Below are positions 14,001 through 26,800 of a DNA stretch of 64,000 bases, in pieces. The notes under the pieces were generated by a model that was not told where the DNA came from, ran no database searches, and saw nothing but the letters and a program-made list of their open reading frames with translations. The stretch comes from Marsupella aquatica (taxonomy: Eukaryota; Plantae; Marchantiophyta). Numbering within the stretch: the stretch's first letter is position 1; each line of letters opens with the position of its first letter. Position numbers and translations under genes: made by a program. The DNA lies in assembly GCA_973895155.1 (NCBI GenBank), contig OZ316892.1, positions 22,047,068 to 22,111,067 on the forward strand. The letters run 5' to 3'.

Positions 14001-15749
14001 CACAACCTATTCCAAAAGATCCTGCATATTGGAAAGAGGTATGGGAGAGAGTATCTAATCCAGATGACCCATTGCAGTATGCCCGGTGTGGCATGACTTG
14101 TTTGTCTACATTGTCACAACTGCCTTATTGGGTTGAGATGCCACTTAACCATTTATTTGACCCTATGCACATTGAGGGAAATGTTGGGAGGTCCTTGATT
14201 CGCCACCTATATGGAGAGAAAGACAACAACTGGAGAGAGAGTTGTGAAGAGATGGGGATGCATGGCCCTCATGGTTTTTGGCCATCTATGGATCTCGATA
14301 ATGCCCCCCTTACTATTCATCCTCCTTGGGTTTTGACATGAGGTGAGCGGACCGAGTTTCGCAAACGCATAGGGTCTATGCGATTTCCTACAGGGTATGG
14401 TGCCAATCTTCGCAAGGCATTTGGTGGACTTGACTCTCCAAAATGGCCAGCTTTCTTGACGACCCATGATTATCATCGCTTATTGCAACATGTTATTCCA
14501 ATTGCTATTATTGGATTGGGTAGTGAGGATCTTTGTGATGCCCTTTGGTCGTTGGGTAAGTTTGTTGAGATGGGTGTGTCAAAAGGAGGTGAATGAGGAT
14601 GAGGTTGCAGCAATGGAGGTGTTTGGAGTGGAGGTTGTGTGCAAACTTGAAAGGGCCCTTCCTCCTTCATTTTTTGATGGTCAGGTTCATTTTCTACTAC
14701 ATCTAGTGCGTGAGGTTGGTATTGCAGGCCCTGTACATTGTCGTTGGATGTACTGGGTAGAGCGGTACATGGGAGTGATGAAGTCCTATGTTTCAAATTG
14801 CGCAAGGGTGGAAGGTAGCATTGCAGAGCGTCATCTTGGAGCAGAGAGCATGTTTTATTGTACAAACATTATTGCTACACTTGATTCAAATGCTCCAAGG
14901 GGGTGGATAGATGAGGCATCAAGAGAAGCAGACTATGAGGATGACCGTTTGACAGCCTGTGCAAAGGGAGAATGGCTTCTTGACCCTAGTGAGCACACTA
15001 AACTCACTGCATTCATGTTGTATAACTCTCCAGAGATTGTTGGGGAGTGGACCACATTTTATGAGGAGGATAAGCACAATAGTCGACGACCACGCTTATT
15101 TCCCAAATTCCACATGTACATGAAGGGGAAGTTGTTAGAAGTGGATGCCTTGGTGGCTGCTGGGGAGAGTGTATCACACTTCCCAATGGTGACTGATAAG
15201 TTGCGCACCTTGGTTCATGGACCTCTACTTACAGTTACAACTAGGACTGCCATGTGGTCCAAGGGGAGACACTTTCGTGTGGAACGACTTGATGACAAGA
15301 GGGCAGCTACACAAGATTGTGGGGTGATGGGTTGGTTCACCCAAGATTCTATAAGTAGCAGATCTGACACAAATCTCATCCGTTCTACTATAGCTCACTA
15401 TGGAAAGATAGAGGAGATCCTTGTTGTAAAATACCATGCGCATACAACATTGGAAGAGGTGGTGCTGAAGTGCAAATGGTTTTGGATGAATCTTGTTGGC
15501 CACAATCGGACATGTGAAGAGGATGCTTGCGGCTTCACACGACTGAAGACAAGGGCTGTCATCAGCTCAAATTGGAGGGCCTCAGATCCTTTTGCATTTC
15601 CTCATAATCTTGAGCAGGCATTCTATCTCCCTTATCTAGATGATCCTGAGTGGTCCATTGTAATGCCTTACATTCCTCGATCCCGATCCATAGTCCAAGA
15701 ACAGCCAAATGTAGTTGTTATGGAAGATTTGGAAAATGAGAACAACTAG
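11056..15749 (+). pseudogene. CACTA TnpD transposase with introns and frameshifts
   Basis: Exon 1 has CWCLRC...H..YG (transposase-associated-like). Later motifs: HACVNDCVLF...CPTC, RHVRLGLAADGISPF...SLWPVVLTNYNIPPW, DPMHIEGN, PPSFFD..VHFLLHLVREV..AGPVHCRWMYWVERY. Confidence 0.92.
11397..12363 (+). pseudogene. SET-domain (lysine methyltransferase-like) exon inside CACTA-1
   Basis: VKASTLGGEVGLGLFALEDI...LFPYIG...IDG...VGYINS...PNVEW...TIRAGDELFCDY. One in-frame TAG (11709-11711) and a frameshift near 11925. Confidence 0.75.
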
Positions 15750-16068
15750 CTACTTAGGAATTTCATGGTAAAAGCTAGGTAGCTAGCACTAGCTAGACCT
15801 AATTAATGACCACTTCCCTCCATGTATTGATTTTTTTGGCATATATATGTTATCTACATTGTCATTACCATTTTTTGTTGCATGTTACTTTATTTATATA
15901 TACCACTTAAATCTCTGGGCTCTAGCTGTGGCTATATATTTGTGCTTTTAATATATATGAAATGAAAGCTTCCAATTCATTTCAAGTTGACCCTAGTTGA
16001 GTTCCCACATACTTCAAATGGAAATGGAGTCAAAAATCTATCGGAAACACAACATGCCTTAATTAGAA

Positions 16069-16706
16069 GGCCTCATTCACAATTGGGTGTACCTCGCAGG
16101 AACCACTTTCAGGACTCAAAAACATGCTTTTTTAGTGAAAAATGACTTTCGTAACATGAAAAAAGGTTCATCATGATTTTATCTCAAGACATTTAAGTCT
16201 AATTTTTTCACAAGACTATTTTACATGGTGTAACCTACCTCACCATGTAGATACATCAAGTTTTCAACTGTTTTAAGGGATCCTGTTATTGATGGCCCTA
16301 AATAAGCCAAAATTACTGATTATTTTTGTCCTGTACATAAAGGTTTAGTGTGCGTCACTATTTAAGTTTCGAAATATAAGATTATGCTAATAGTATGCAT
16401 GCTTTGGTAAAATTTCATTGTCAAAAATGCATTTTTTAGAGTCCTTTTGAGTCCTTAAATGATGTGACCCATTGCGTGACAAATCCTTTTATCAATCTTT
16501 GAAGGACATATAAGGAAAGCTTCAAAGTCTCAAATGCTAGATAGTTTAATGAATGTTACCAACCTATAGGATGTTTATTAAGTATAGTACATCAAATTTT
16601 CTATATCATCTCATTACACCCTAAAAATGATATCCTAAAGCATAATAAAAAATAGTCACTTTTGAGTGTGACGTTCCTTTTGGGTCCTCCAATTGTGAAT
16701 GAGGCC
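16069..16706. mobile_element. 638-bp MITE with 4-bp TSD
   Basis: Perfect 18-bp TIR GGCCTCATTCACAATTGG. AGAA flanks both sides (16065-16068, 16707-16710). Confidence 0.88.
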
Positions 16707-17354
16707 AGAAGCTAGGAAGATGATAAAACCCTCAAAAAACCACGGCTCTACTGAAAACCGATATTTCCGATATTAAAAGAAACGGAACTCATGTGCCATC
16801 CTACAGGTATCGGGAAACTTTGCCATCTTTACCACATCAGAACCAACGTCCATTTGTAATGGTTTCGAACAAAAGTCGGAACACATTTCCGATTTCACAA
16901 ATATCAGAAACTTTTCGTCCCTCAGTTCATCGGAACCAACATGCGATATTTTCTTTATCGGACGCCTCTTGCGTCATGGCAGTCTCACTGTCCGATGCAA
17001 GTAGAATGGGAAATGCTCCGATAGTTTTTAAATGGGAAACTATTTCCGATTGTAATAGTATGGGACAGCACATGTCCGATGTAGAATGTATGGTAAATCC
17101 CCGATGCGGGGACAATCGGAAGTATCAATCTTCTCTGTATCGGAAAGTGTCGCCGACCAAAAGAAGAGCATCAAAAAAACCCAAAATATGTACCAGTGTG
17201 TTGTCCTAAATGACTGAATGAATGGCCGTCAGTCATTTAAGCATATCTTTAATGACACATATTCAAACAAATCATATTACAACACATGGCAATTATGCAC
17301 AGTTATCATTATATGTCATATCAGACATGTCATAAATGACACAATAATAAATCA

Positions 17355-17615
17355 TTTAAGGTGTCATTTAGTGTATCATTGAGGGTGTCGTACATGGTGT
17401 CATTAAAAATGTCATACAAGGTGTCATACAAGGTGTCATTGAGGGTGTCATACAGGGTGTCATTGAGAATGTCATTGAGGGTGTCATACAAGGTGTCATT
17501 GAAGGTGTCATATATGGTGTCATTGAGGGTGTCATTGAGAGTGTCATACATGGTGTCATTGAGGGTGTCATATAGGGTGTCATACAGGATGTCATTGAGA
17601 GTGTCATACAGGGTG
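17355..17615. repeat. 12-bp tandem subterminal repeats of CACTA-2
   Basis: About 20 units of GTGTCATACAGG / GTGTCATTGAGG. Confidence 0.9.
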
Positions 17616-19235
17616 TTTCTAAGTAATATCATTTGGGATGTATCTAAGAAGAGCTCATAGTTATATTCAAAATCACATACAATGAATCCACTTAAAACCC
17701 TAAACAAAGACATCACTTTGCGCATCATTATTGTATTCAGAAATTCACACTCCAACATTCACAGCTCTAATATAGAATAATTGAAAAACAGAAGTCATCA
17801 TTGTATTCAGAAATTCACACTCCAACATTCACAAGCTCTAGTATAACAATTGAAAAAACAGAAGTCTTTATGATGAAGTGATAGAAAGTACACATTTTTC
17901 ACTCGCATGAGTGAAACAATGGTAACCAAAATATTCAAAAATTCTCTGTTCTACATGATCAAAGAAAATGTTCAACATTTCCGAAGAAACCTAGCATTCC
18001 ACAATGTATTCATTCCTAACACATTCCGTATGTAGAGTTGTTTCTCTTCTTTGTTGGGCATTGGCAATGCTGCATCACCACAATACACTGCCTTAATTGA
18101 TACTTGCACCCAAGGACTCTCAATCATGACACAATGAAATTTATCCTCTCCTGGTAACCCTATCACTTCACCTCTAGCAACAATTGTAGAGTGATCCACA
18201 ACGCTTCATACTTCTACAGCATCTCCTTTTGAAAACTGCCACACACAAAATTGTTAGAACAAATTACTTTCTTGTAATACTGATTTGGGCATATTATCAA
18301 TTTAAGAACATAAGCCAACTGAAGACAAATTCACCTTTGCTGCTGGATTTGGGGAGAGAACTGGTCCTTGTTCACTAGGTGAGTTAGTGATAGGGGTTGA
18401 TTTCTTGAATCTCTTTGAAGGCCTAGGTGGTGTAGCCTCTTGTTCCTGAATTTCATTTGACACTATCTGTTTGTCTGTGATATCAATCTCATCACTCTCA
18501 CCATTACCAATGTTGCTTTGTACAATGCAAGGTTTCTGGAGTGCTCCCAAATTTGCTTATCCCATACTTGGCTTTGGCTTCTGCCTTGTTAAGGTATCTG
18601 ATTTCTCTTGCTGTGATACAGGATTCTCCCCTGAAGAAGCTACCACAAAACCAAACAATGAATGCTTAGAAAACTTCATTCTAAATTGAAAAATAAACTA
18701 TTGTATATGTAATATGTTTAGAGTATAAGTTTGTATGTTCTTACCATCACCATCACCTGAGAAAGTAAGAGAACGTTTCTTGCTACTACCTTTAGGCTCA
18801 ACCGCCACCTTAGTAGCAATTGCATTTGATAATTGCATATGGAACTGAGTCTGTTGATTTTGTGCAATGAACGAAGTCATCATAGATGTCAAATTATCCA
18901 CTTTGAACCGAGCTTTGAACTCAAGCTTGGTTAAATTCTCCACAGATTGTTCAAGCTTGAGTAATCGAGTTGGTTCCTGAATTGTAGTTTCCCTGGACAG
19001 TGGAGTCTACATACACAAACACATCACACAATGTCAATCATCAATGATAATTTGAACATCATGGATAACTGATAATCAAAATTGAATATATACAGAGATT
19101 TTCATTACATATCGCTGATCCATGTGCAGATCCAGTTCCAACAAAACAACTGCCTCGATGTTCACCACTGCCCATAGATGGACTGATCTGCACTGGGGGG
19201 ACTGGACTACTAGACACAAGTTTTGATATAACAGG

Positions 19236-22200
19236 TGTGGTGCGTCCCATGGCTCCCTAAACCCAAGAAACCCCCCAGCTCAAGCCGATTCCCGCAGGTC
19301 TCGTGCTTGGCGAGGCCGTTTCCGCGGCTTAGCGGCATGGGACGCTGCTAACCTTCTACTACTACTATTAACATTTTACACACATATACTGGACAGATCC
19401 TTCATCGGGTCATGAGATACGTAGCCGGCCTAATATAGGCCTTCCCCTGTCTTCCCCTCCGTCTTGTTAGGTATGTTTGGATTCCGCCGCCGGAATGATC
19501 CCCAATAGGCTTGGTTAAGCCGCTAAGACCTCTCTCAGCTCGACACATCCAACTCTCACTCCCCTGCTTACTTTCCTTCCTTCTGTTGATGTGGGCACTC
19601 TTCACACAAGTTAATGCGACACACAAATAGCAAAATGACTCATTCTGACTGAGTCATACCATGCACTTGCCATACAAACAGTACATCTCATACACAAGTT
19701 CTGCGAACTAAGCCGTGAGGCCAACTCTATTCAGCTCTTAGGCATGAGGAAACATGAATATACACAAGGGTCACTGTATGACTAACCGAGAGCTTCTCGT
19801 ACTACTTGATCCCAGCCCGGCTGGTGCAAACTAAAAACTTGCTAAAGAAGAGGCCCTGAGCTCCCCGCTGCCCAGGTACTTATCCTGGTAGTGGATCCGC
19901 CATTCTTTGCATCGTAAGCCTAATCTACTTAACAGTAATCTACTTGCCCGAATCTACCTATGTACAGCAAGGCAGGAGCACAAGTGTTGCTCCTACCAGT
20001 GGGACCGCAATCCCACTAAGCTAAGTGTCAGGGCCGCTCCTGGTTCTGATCCTAATCCTAAACGTGGAGATCCGTGCCCGCCCTGCCCACTCACGCCTCC
20101 TCCCTCCACGTCCGCCTTCCCTAAAAGGAACGGCGCCCTTGCACCGTCACGACACCGGTGGTGGATCCTCAATGGACGCCCCCAACACTTCCTCCTCAGC
20201 CATTGCCGTTGGCCCGCCTACTGACAGATTACCTGCCCTTGACCGAGTCAACTCTCCATCGGCCTGACTGGGTCCACCTTCGGCTTCAGCCTCGACACCG
20301 GCCTCGGCAATACCCACGGCTTCGGCCTCAGCCACTCCCACGGCTTCGGCTTCAGCCACTCCCTCGGCTTCGGCCTCCCCTTCCCCTAGGGTAGTTGGAT
20401 CCTTAGCCGTGACCCTGTCTGGGGTCGGTGCTGGGTCTACCTCCTTGATCACCACGGCCTGTGAAGTCGTATTACTCCTTGACCCTGGAGGTTTCCACTT
20501 CTTCTTCGTTGGTGGCTCGGCAGCTGGTCCCTTCCCCTTCCCACTTACTTCCGGCACTGGTGCAGTTGACGCGGCTTGTCCTTCGGCAATTACCACCCCT
20601 GGTAACTGGTTTGTCCCAACGGGAGATGGACCTGCTGCAGCTAAGCATTTAAATACTGCGGCTTGTTTCTTCAGCCGCTCTGTTTGGTTGTCGGCCCGCC
20701 GCTGTAGGTTCTCCATCTTCCTCGTGATTTCCTCCAACTCCTCTTGGGTTTCATCCAGGTCCTTACGTGCCCCCTCCAGCTCGTTTTTGGCCTCCTCCTG
20801 CTCCCTGTGGGCTTCCTCCAATTCCTTCTTCAAGGTAGCCCTCTCCTCCTGGGTTGCTCTTAGCTCCTTGTCGAGCTCTGCAATGATGACAGACTCCATC
20901 TGGTTCATCTTGGCGTAAGTCTGTTCGAGCATCTCGTCCTTCTCCCTTAGGTCGGCCTTGAAGCTGGCCGTCAGGGACGCAAGCTCCTGCTGCAGCGCCA
21001 TAATCCCTTGATAGGATTTCCCTAACTCGACCTCCTTCTGCTCAAGGGCTCCGCGGATTTTCTCGAGCTCCCCTTTCAACGCCCATTCCTTTCTTTGGGT
21101 CTCCGCCATGGCCCGACTGTTGGCTGTTATGTGGGCCTCCTCTGTATTCTTCAGCTCTTGCTTCCACTTCTCCCTCTCTTTGATCGTGTCGGCCAACTCT
21201 TCCTGCGTCTGAGTCAGTTTATCCTTGATATTCTGATTATCAGCCTGCGCGGCGTCCAACTGCCCCTGCATGATGTTCAGCTCATGTCGTTTAATCCGCA
21301 GTTCATCTTGGGCTTTCTTGGCCGCCCTTAGATCTTCAATCTCGGCTCCCATCCTCCTAAGCCGCCGAATGACCTCGTCCTTCTTGCTTCTCTCTAAAGC
21401 CACCGCTTCTTCTAATTGGTGCTTCTCCAACTGCTCCCTATGGAAAAAGGGTCCTATCTCCAACTCCTCTCCAAAGATGCCGAGCGCAAGTTCCCCACAC
21501 ATCTCACCATACTCCATGGCTCTATTCTTAGCGTAGGTGGAGTAAGTAGAAGTGATCGGCATCGCCCATCGTGGCCTCTGCTCCCAAGCCGTCCTGCGGA
21601 TCTCTTCAATCGTGGCTAGAGGTTTGCTTCCTTTTTCGGCTAGCCGCCTGATGTCCTCCGGCCAATCTCCTCCTGGTAAATCCTTTTCCTTAGCCAGGGC
21701 GGGCTCTTCCTCCTGCTTGATTCGCTCCTGAAATTCCTGCACCGTCTGTTTTATGCCGTCGAAGCTCGGGGGAGCAACATCTGGTGGGGGAGACTCAGGG
21801 CTACTCTGCTGGTTGGGGTCCCCTCGCACTACCCTTGGAAGTGTGGGGACAAACCGGCCACAGGTCCTTACTCCTGGAACGTGATGGTCCGACCCATAGC
21901 CGGAATTATCATGGCTGCAGTCCTCCACTGCCTCCTCTACTTCTTGGACGTCCGGCTTCTCCCTCTCCTCTTCGTCGGTAGGAGCTTCAGGCAATTCTGC
22001 CTCAGATTCGGAGCTTGAGGTTCCCATGTACATTCGAACACCTGGCTTGGATTCCGGCCTGATTCTCTCCTTATCTCCAGCAAAGGGGTTTTCTCTTGTG
22101 AGCCGGTGTAGGCCTACCTCTGTAGTAGTGTCCTGCATTGTTGCCGTTGCCGTTGTTGTTGTTGTTGCCGATGCCGATTTCTTTTCTTTCTCCAGTAGTT

Positions 22201-23891
22201 TCAGCAGACTCTGCATGCCTGGTTGCTGCATCGGCAAGTCTTCCTTCCTGGGCCTAAACACCTGCTCGATCGTAGGACTAACAGGTGGTGGAGGCTTCTC
22301 AGCCAACGGCCTCGGTGTTGGAGCTTCCTCGGGTGCCCTTACCTGCAGGGGAAGTACCGGGGCAAAAGTCTGACCTCTGGCATACCGGCACAACAGCGGC
22401 ATGTGATAGCCAAGCCGCGACACGCTCCCCATGCCGATTACCTGCTGCTCCTCCTTTAAGATCTTCTTCAATTGGTTGAGGAGGTACCCGTTGTAGTCCC
22501 GGCTTGGGTCTGGCCTTTCTGCCAGATAGACCTGTGCCTTGCCGATCTCTGCCCTCGGCAAGTTACAATGCATGGTCACCCGCAAGAAGTCGATCATCTC
22601 TCCTATGTGCGGGTTGGTGCAGGTGTTCCGGAAGAAGCCATTCTTCGTTGATGGCCCGGGGAACGACCGGAACTCCTTGTCAGGCAAGGTCTTCCTGGTA
22701 TCAACTTTGGTCTTATTGCCCATCGGCAAGCCAAACACTTCGGCAATCACCTTGGGAGTAAGATAGAAATCCTTCCCATATATCCTCGTGCAATTAGTCT
22801 CGGGTTCCCATGACCCCACGAATTCTAATAGGTCTGACTCCGGTACCTCCGGCTTCAGCCATGGTAATCTTACAAAGGCCTCCAAGCCGGATCCGGCCAT
22901 GAAGCCTTGGTACTTCTTGGTCTGCATGGCCGTAAAGCATGCATCCTCCTCCCGTGCAAAATGTAGTTGCACCTCCACCGGTAGGGTTGCCGCCCAGCCC
23001 TTCCAGGTGTCATCCCTGGTTGGAATGGCCTTGATGGGATCGACCTCCTCCTCTTCGGCTTCTCCCTGCCTCCTGCTCTGCTGCTCGGCTGGCTTCTTTG
23101 GTGCCGCCGACCTCGTTCTTTTTGCCGGGGTGGCTTCATCGTTGACGGCTCCCTTCCTCTTCATCTCTGCTGCCGTGGAGGTTTCTCCTAGCACCATTGC
23201 CTGGGTCCACCTTTCCGTGCTACCCTTTAATTCCCAGTGTATGTCGTTGCAGTTCTTGATGGCCTCTCGGATGCCGACGACGCTGTCTTTGCAAAACAGA
23301 AGATCGTCGAGTTGATTGGAAGTAGGCGTCCACAGGAACTCGTCCTTGATGAGTTCGCCTCCTAAGAAAGCCGTCTTGTGCAGCTCCCACAATCGAGCGA
23401 GCTCCTGCCGTTCTCGAGCTGCCCTTTCTGACTCCTCGTCCTCGTAAGTCTTGATGTACTCAGTTGCCCGTTCGAACAGGCATCCCCAGAAATGTGCCGC
23501 TTGATTGACGTTGCTCATACCCTCCTTAGGTCGATCGTCGGTATCTACTCTCTCCCCGAGTGCTTGCCTAAGCAGCTGACAGTAGTTGGCCTCCCGTAGT
23601 CGTCTGCCTAGTTCGTGCTCGCAAATGAGCCACCATCTCCTGCAAGCGCTCCTTACCCCTCTCCTCTGCCGGTCCTTCTTCCCGTTGATCCTTCCTAGCC
23701 GCCGACGCTTAACGCGCCCTAACCCTAATCGGGTTTTCACCCTCAGCCTTACCTCCGGCCTCTGCCCGGGTTCCATGGTTGCCCCTAATTGTTTATATTT
23801 TCCTTGTTTTGTCACTATACTAAGGTGTTCCTAGGATGCCTTCCTGCTTTACCCACTTAACCGGCCGAGTGATTCCTGTCTAGGCATCACA
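19236..23891 (-). repeat. 3' LTR of family A (4656 bp)
   Basis: Near-identical to 30116-34771. On the minus strand it is preceded by the PPT-like AAGTGGGGAGCTA. Confidence 0.95.
20147..23815 (-). CDS. LTR-encoded protein (intact ORF up to 1222 aa; likely ATG at 23518 or 23776) with N-terminal domain, conserved central domain and long coiled coil
   Basis: Uninterrupted ORF entirely inside the LTR. Homologous to the family-B LTR ORF. Heptad-rich E/K/Q/L segment in the C-terminal half. Confidence 0.85.
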   Translation of the reverse strand: MTKQGKYKQLGATMEPGQRPEVRLRVKTRLGLGRVKRRRLGRINGKKDRQRRGVRSACRRWWLICEHELGRRLREANYCQLLRQALGERVDTDDRPKEGMSNVNQAAHFWGCLFERATEYIKTYEDEESERAARERQELARLWELHKTAFLGGELIKDEFLWTPTSNQLDDLLFCKDSVVGIREAIKNCNDIHWELKGSTERWTQAMVLGETSTAAEMKRKGAVNDEATPAKRTRSAAPKKPAEQQSRRQGEAEEEEVDPIKAIPTRDDTWKGWAATLPVEVQLHFAREEDACFTAMQTKKYQGFMAGSGLEAFVRLPWLKPEVPESDLLEFVGSWEPETNCTRIYGKDFYLTPKVIAEVFGLPMGNKTKVDTRKTLPDKEFRSFPGPSTKNGFFRNTCTNPHIGEMIDFLRVTMHCNLPRAEIGKAQVYLAERPDPSRDYNGYLLNQLKKILKEEQQVIGMGSVSRLGYHMPLLCRYARGQTFAPVLPLQVRAPEEAPTPRPLAEKPPPPVSPTIEQVFRPRKEDLPMQQPGMQSLLKLLEKEKKSASATTTTTATATMQDTTTEVGLHRLTRENPFAGDKERIRPESKPGVRMYMGTSSSESEAELPEAPTDEEEREKPDVQEVEEAVEDCSHDNSGYGSDHHVPGVRTCGRFVPTLPRVVRGDPNQQSSPESPPPDVAPPSFDGIKQTVQEFQERIKQEEEPALAKEKDLPGGDWPEDIRRLAEKGSKPLATIEEIRRTAWEQRPRWAMPITSTYSTYAKNRAMEYGEMCGELALGIFGEELEIGPFFHREQLEKHQLEEAVALERSKKDEVIRRLRRMGAEIEDLRAAKKAQDELRIKRHELNIMQGQLDAAQADNQNIKDKLTQTQEELADTIKEREKWKQELKNTEEAHITANSRAMAETQRKEWALKGELEKIRGALEQKEVELGKSYQGIMALQQELASLTASFKADLREKDEMLEQTYAKMNQMESVIIAELDKELRATQEERATLKKELEEAHREQEEAKNELEGARKDLDETQEELEEITRKMENLQRRADNQTERLKKQAAVFKCLAAAGPSPVGTNQLPGVVIAEGQAASTAPVPEVSGKGKGPAAEPPTKKKWKPPGSRSNTTSQAVVIKEVDPAPTPDRVTAKDPTTLGEGEAEAEGVAEAEAVGVAEAEAVGIAEAGVEAEAEGGPSQADGELTRSRAGNLSVGGPTAMAEEEVLGASIEDPPPVS

Positions 23892-26800
23892 TAGCTCCCC
23901 ACTTAATTGTGAAGCGTCCTCGCGAACAACTTCATCTTCGTCCATATAGTATTTCTTGAGGCGGTCATAATGGATGCGAACTGGATATACCTCTCCCGTA
24001 ATATTGGCCAATTGCACGGAGCCATTGGGGAACATCATGGTTACTCTAAAGGGTCCTAACCAGCGAGTGTAAAGCTTTCCTAGAAACCTACTATACCTAC
24101 TGTCATAAAGTAGCACAAGATCACCGGTATGAATACTAACTACTTTTAACCTTTTATCATACTGCTGCTTCATGATATTCTGTCTATATTCTACTCTCTC
24201 GGCTGAAATCATTCTCGCTTCCTCTAAAGCTTCTAACCTATATTCTCGCTCCTTTAGGCTCTCCTCCGCTGAGGCTCTTTCCTCAATTGTAACTTGAAAT
24301 GTCGGTATCTCAAGTTGCATGGGTACCAGGGCTTCTTGTCCAAAGGTTAAGAAGAAGGGTGTATGACCGGTAGTGGATTTATAGGCCAGATTGTAAGCAA
24401 AAACAGCAGCAAACAATTTATCATCCCAATCGAGTTTGTTCTGAGCTACTGTCTTGTTCAATATCTTTCCTATGATCCCGTTTGCTCGTTCTGTCAACCC
24501 GTTTGCCTTTGGATGGTAGGGAGTAGTAGGCCTATGTTTAACTAAATACTGCTCATTTAAACGACTAATTATATCATTCAAAAAATGGGTTCCTCTATCA
24601 CTAACTAATTCTAGGGGTGCTCCATACCTGGTGAAGATCTGCTCATACATGAATCTAGCCGTAGTAATTGCATCATCCTTCGTTGTTGGTCTGGCCTCTA
24701 CCCATTTAGTTGCATAATCCGTAGCCAGGATTATGTACTTGTTCCGTCGAGGGTGGGTCAGTGGTTTCAGAGGTCCAATGTAATCAATACCCCACTTCTC
24801 GAATGGTGCCAGAGGTAGAATAGGGTGCAGTGGATGCCTGGTGGACGCCCTTGGTCCTCCCGCTCGTTGACAAGGATCGCATTGTTTGATAAACTGATAG
24901 ACATCTTTGTGCAAGGTGGGCCACCAGTAACCGGCATTTAATATCTTCTTAGATGTGGTTACTGGGGAAAAATGTCCTCCGGCCTCCTCTCCATGCATGG
25001 CCCGTAGGACTCGTTTTACCTCTCTCTTTTCCAAACACCTTTGAATCGTGCCGTTGATTCCATGCTTGTGCAGTATGCCTTTAATGCACTGATACTGTCT
25101 GACCTTCCGCACAAAGACTGCGGCTTGCTCTCGGCTTAATCCTGGCTGTAATCTGGAAGTGCTGAGAAATTGTAAAATCTCAGGGTACCATGTACCAGCT
25201 ATTTCCACAACGAATAGCTCCTCGTCGGGGAATCGATCATCAATGCAATCCGTGGCAGGTTTACCTGTGATCCTTGAAAAGAAGTCGGCATTGGCATGTA
25301 ACTTTCCCGGCTTGATCCTCAGCTCATAGTCAAACTCCTGTAATAGCAAAATCCATCTTGCTACTCTGCCTGTAAGGTCCGGCTTATTGACTAGGTACTT
25401 CAAACTTTCATGATCAGTATGAAAGATTACCTTGTACCCTAGTAAATAATGCCTAAACTTTTTACAAGAATAAATGACTCCTAATGCTTCTCTTTCCGTG
25501 GTAGAGTAGTTCCGTTCGGCATCGGCAAGCTGACGGCTTGCGAAGTATATGGGATGGTCCCTTCCTTTCTCATCCAACTGACTTAGTATTGAGCCAATAC
25601 AGAAGCCCGAGACATCTACAAAAACATGAAAATCTTTGTTCCAGTCCGGTGCTATCATGACTGGGGCCTCTACTAACATCTGCTTCAATTCTACCACCGC
25701 TGTGACTCGTTCGGGTGTGGGTTCGAAGTCTGCTCCTGCCTTGAGCATATTGGTTAATGGTAAAGCCAGCTTGGCAAAATCCTTGATGAACCGGCGATAG
25801 TAACCAATGCATCCCAAGAAGGATCTTACATCCTTTATGTTCTTAGGTTGCATGATATCTAGCCATACTGCTAGCTTACCTTTGTCAATCTCAATGCCCT
25901 TCCTTGATACCTTGTGACCTAGTAGCACCCCCTCGGTTACTGCAAAAAAACATTTATCTGGGTGTAACTTGAGACCCACCTCTCTACATCTCATGAAGGT
26001 TTTCCTGAGGTATTTAGCATGTTTCGATGCCTTCCCGAATACTGCAAAGTCATCAATGAAGATTTCCATGAACTTTCTCAAGTAATCATGAAAAATGTTC
26101 ACCATTAATCGTTGGAACATAGCTGGTGCGTTGCAGAGTCCAAACGACATACGATTGAAGACATAGATCCCCCATTCCGTGATGAAGGCCGTCTTGATTT
26201 GGTCTTCCTGCCGAATCCTGATTTGGTTATAACCAGAGTATCCATCCATGAATGAATATAGTTCATGACTGGCTACCATGTCTAGTACCATATCAGTAAA
26301 CGGTAACGGAAAATGGTCTTTTAATGTTGCTTCATTCAGCTTCCTGTAATCCTGACAAACCCGGATCTTGGGTTTACCATCGGGTCCAGCTTTCTTGGGA
26401 ACTATCACAATTGGAGACACCCAGTCTGAATGCAGGACTGGAGTGATGAATCCAGCTTCCACTAGTTTGTCGATTTCTGTTTTGACCAGCAGGGAATACT
26501 TCGGGTTCATCCTTCGAATTGGTTGTCGAAATGATTTGGCTCCTAACATGAGATCAATTCGATGTTCCCCTAGTGTTGGATCTACTCCCTTTAGATCTTG
26601 GTGACTCCATGCAAACACATCCTGAAATTCAATCAATAAGTCACTGATCTCTTTCTCGAGCTCAGGTGCTAGGTTTCTCCCTAAGTTCAGTTCTCTTCCC
26701 TCTCCTAAGTCGAGCTTCCGATATTGCCGTGCTTGGATCATATTAATCTGCTTCTTCAAATTCGGGTCCAGTTCGGCTTCCAGTCTCTCTAATCTCATAC

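Larger units (their letters stand above)
6263..17198. mobile_element. Complete CACTA (En/Spm) element CACTA-1, ~10.9 kb
   Basis: TIRs CACTAGTACATTTTG... and ...CAAAATATGTACCAGTG, 3-bp TSD TGT (6260-6262 / 17199-17201), TCCGA/TCGGA subterminal repeats at both ends, internal transposase. Confidence 0.92.

Noticed and set aside
17330-17758. ORFs with TLYD/TLND repeats, or a possible CRISPR-like array
   Set aside because: Translation artefacts of a 12-bp tandem subterminal repeat; there are no unique spacers.
20147-23815. Calling the LTR ORF env, SMC or myosin
   Set aside because: No signal peptide, transmembrane segment or Walker motifs are visible; a coiled coil alone is uninformative.
20158-23834. 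Many short plus-strand ORFs antisense to the LTR gene (and their copies in the other LTRs)
   Set aside because: Shadow ORFs of GC-rich coding sequence with no independent support.
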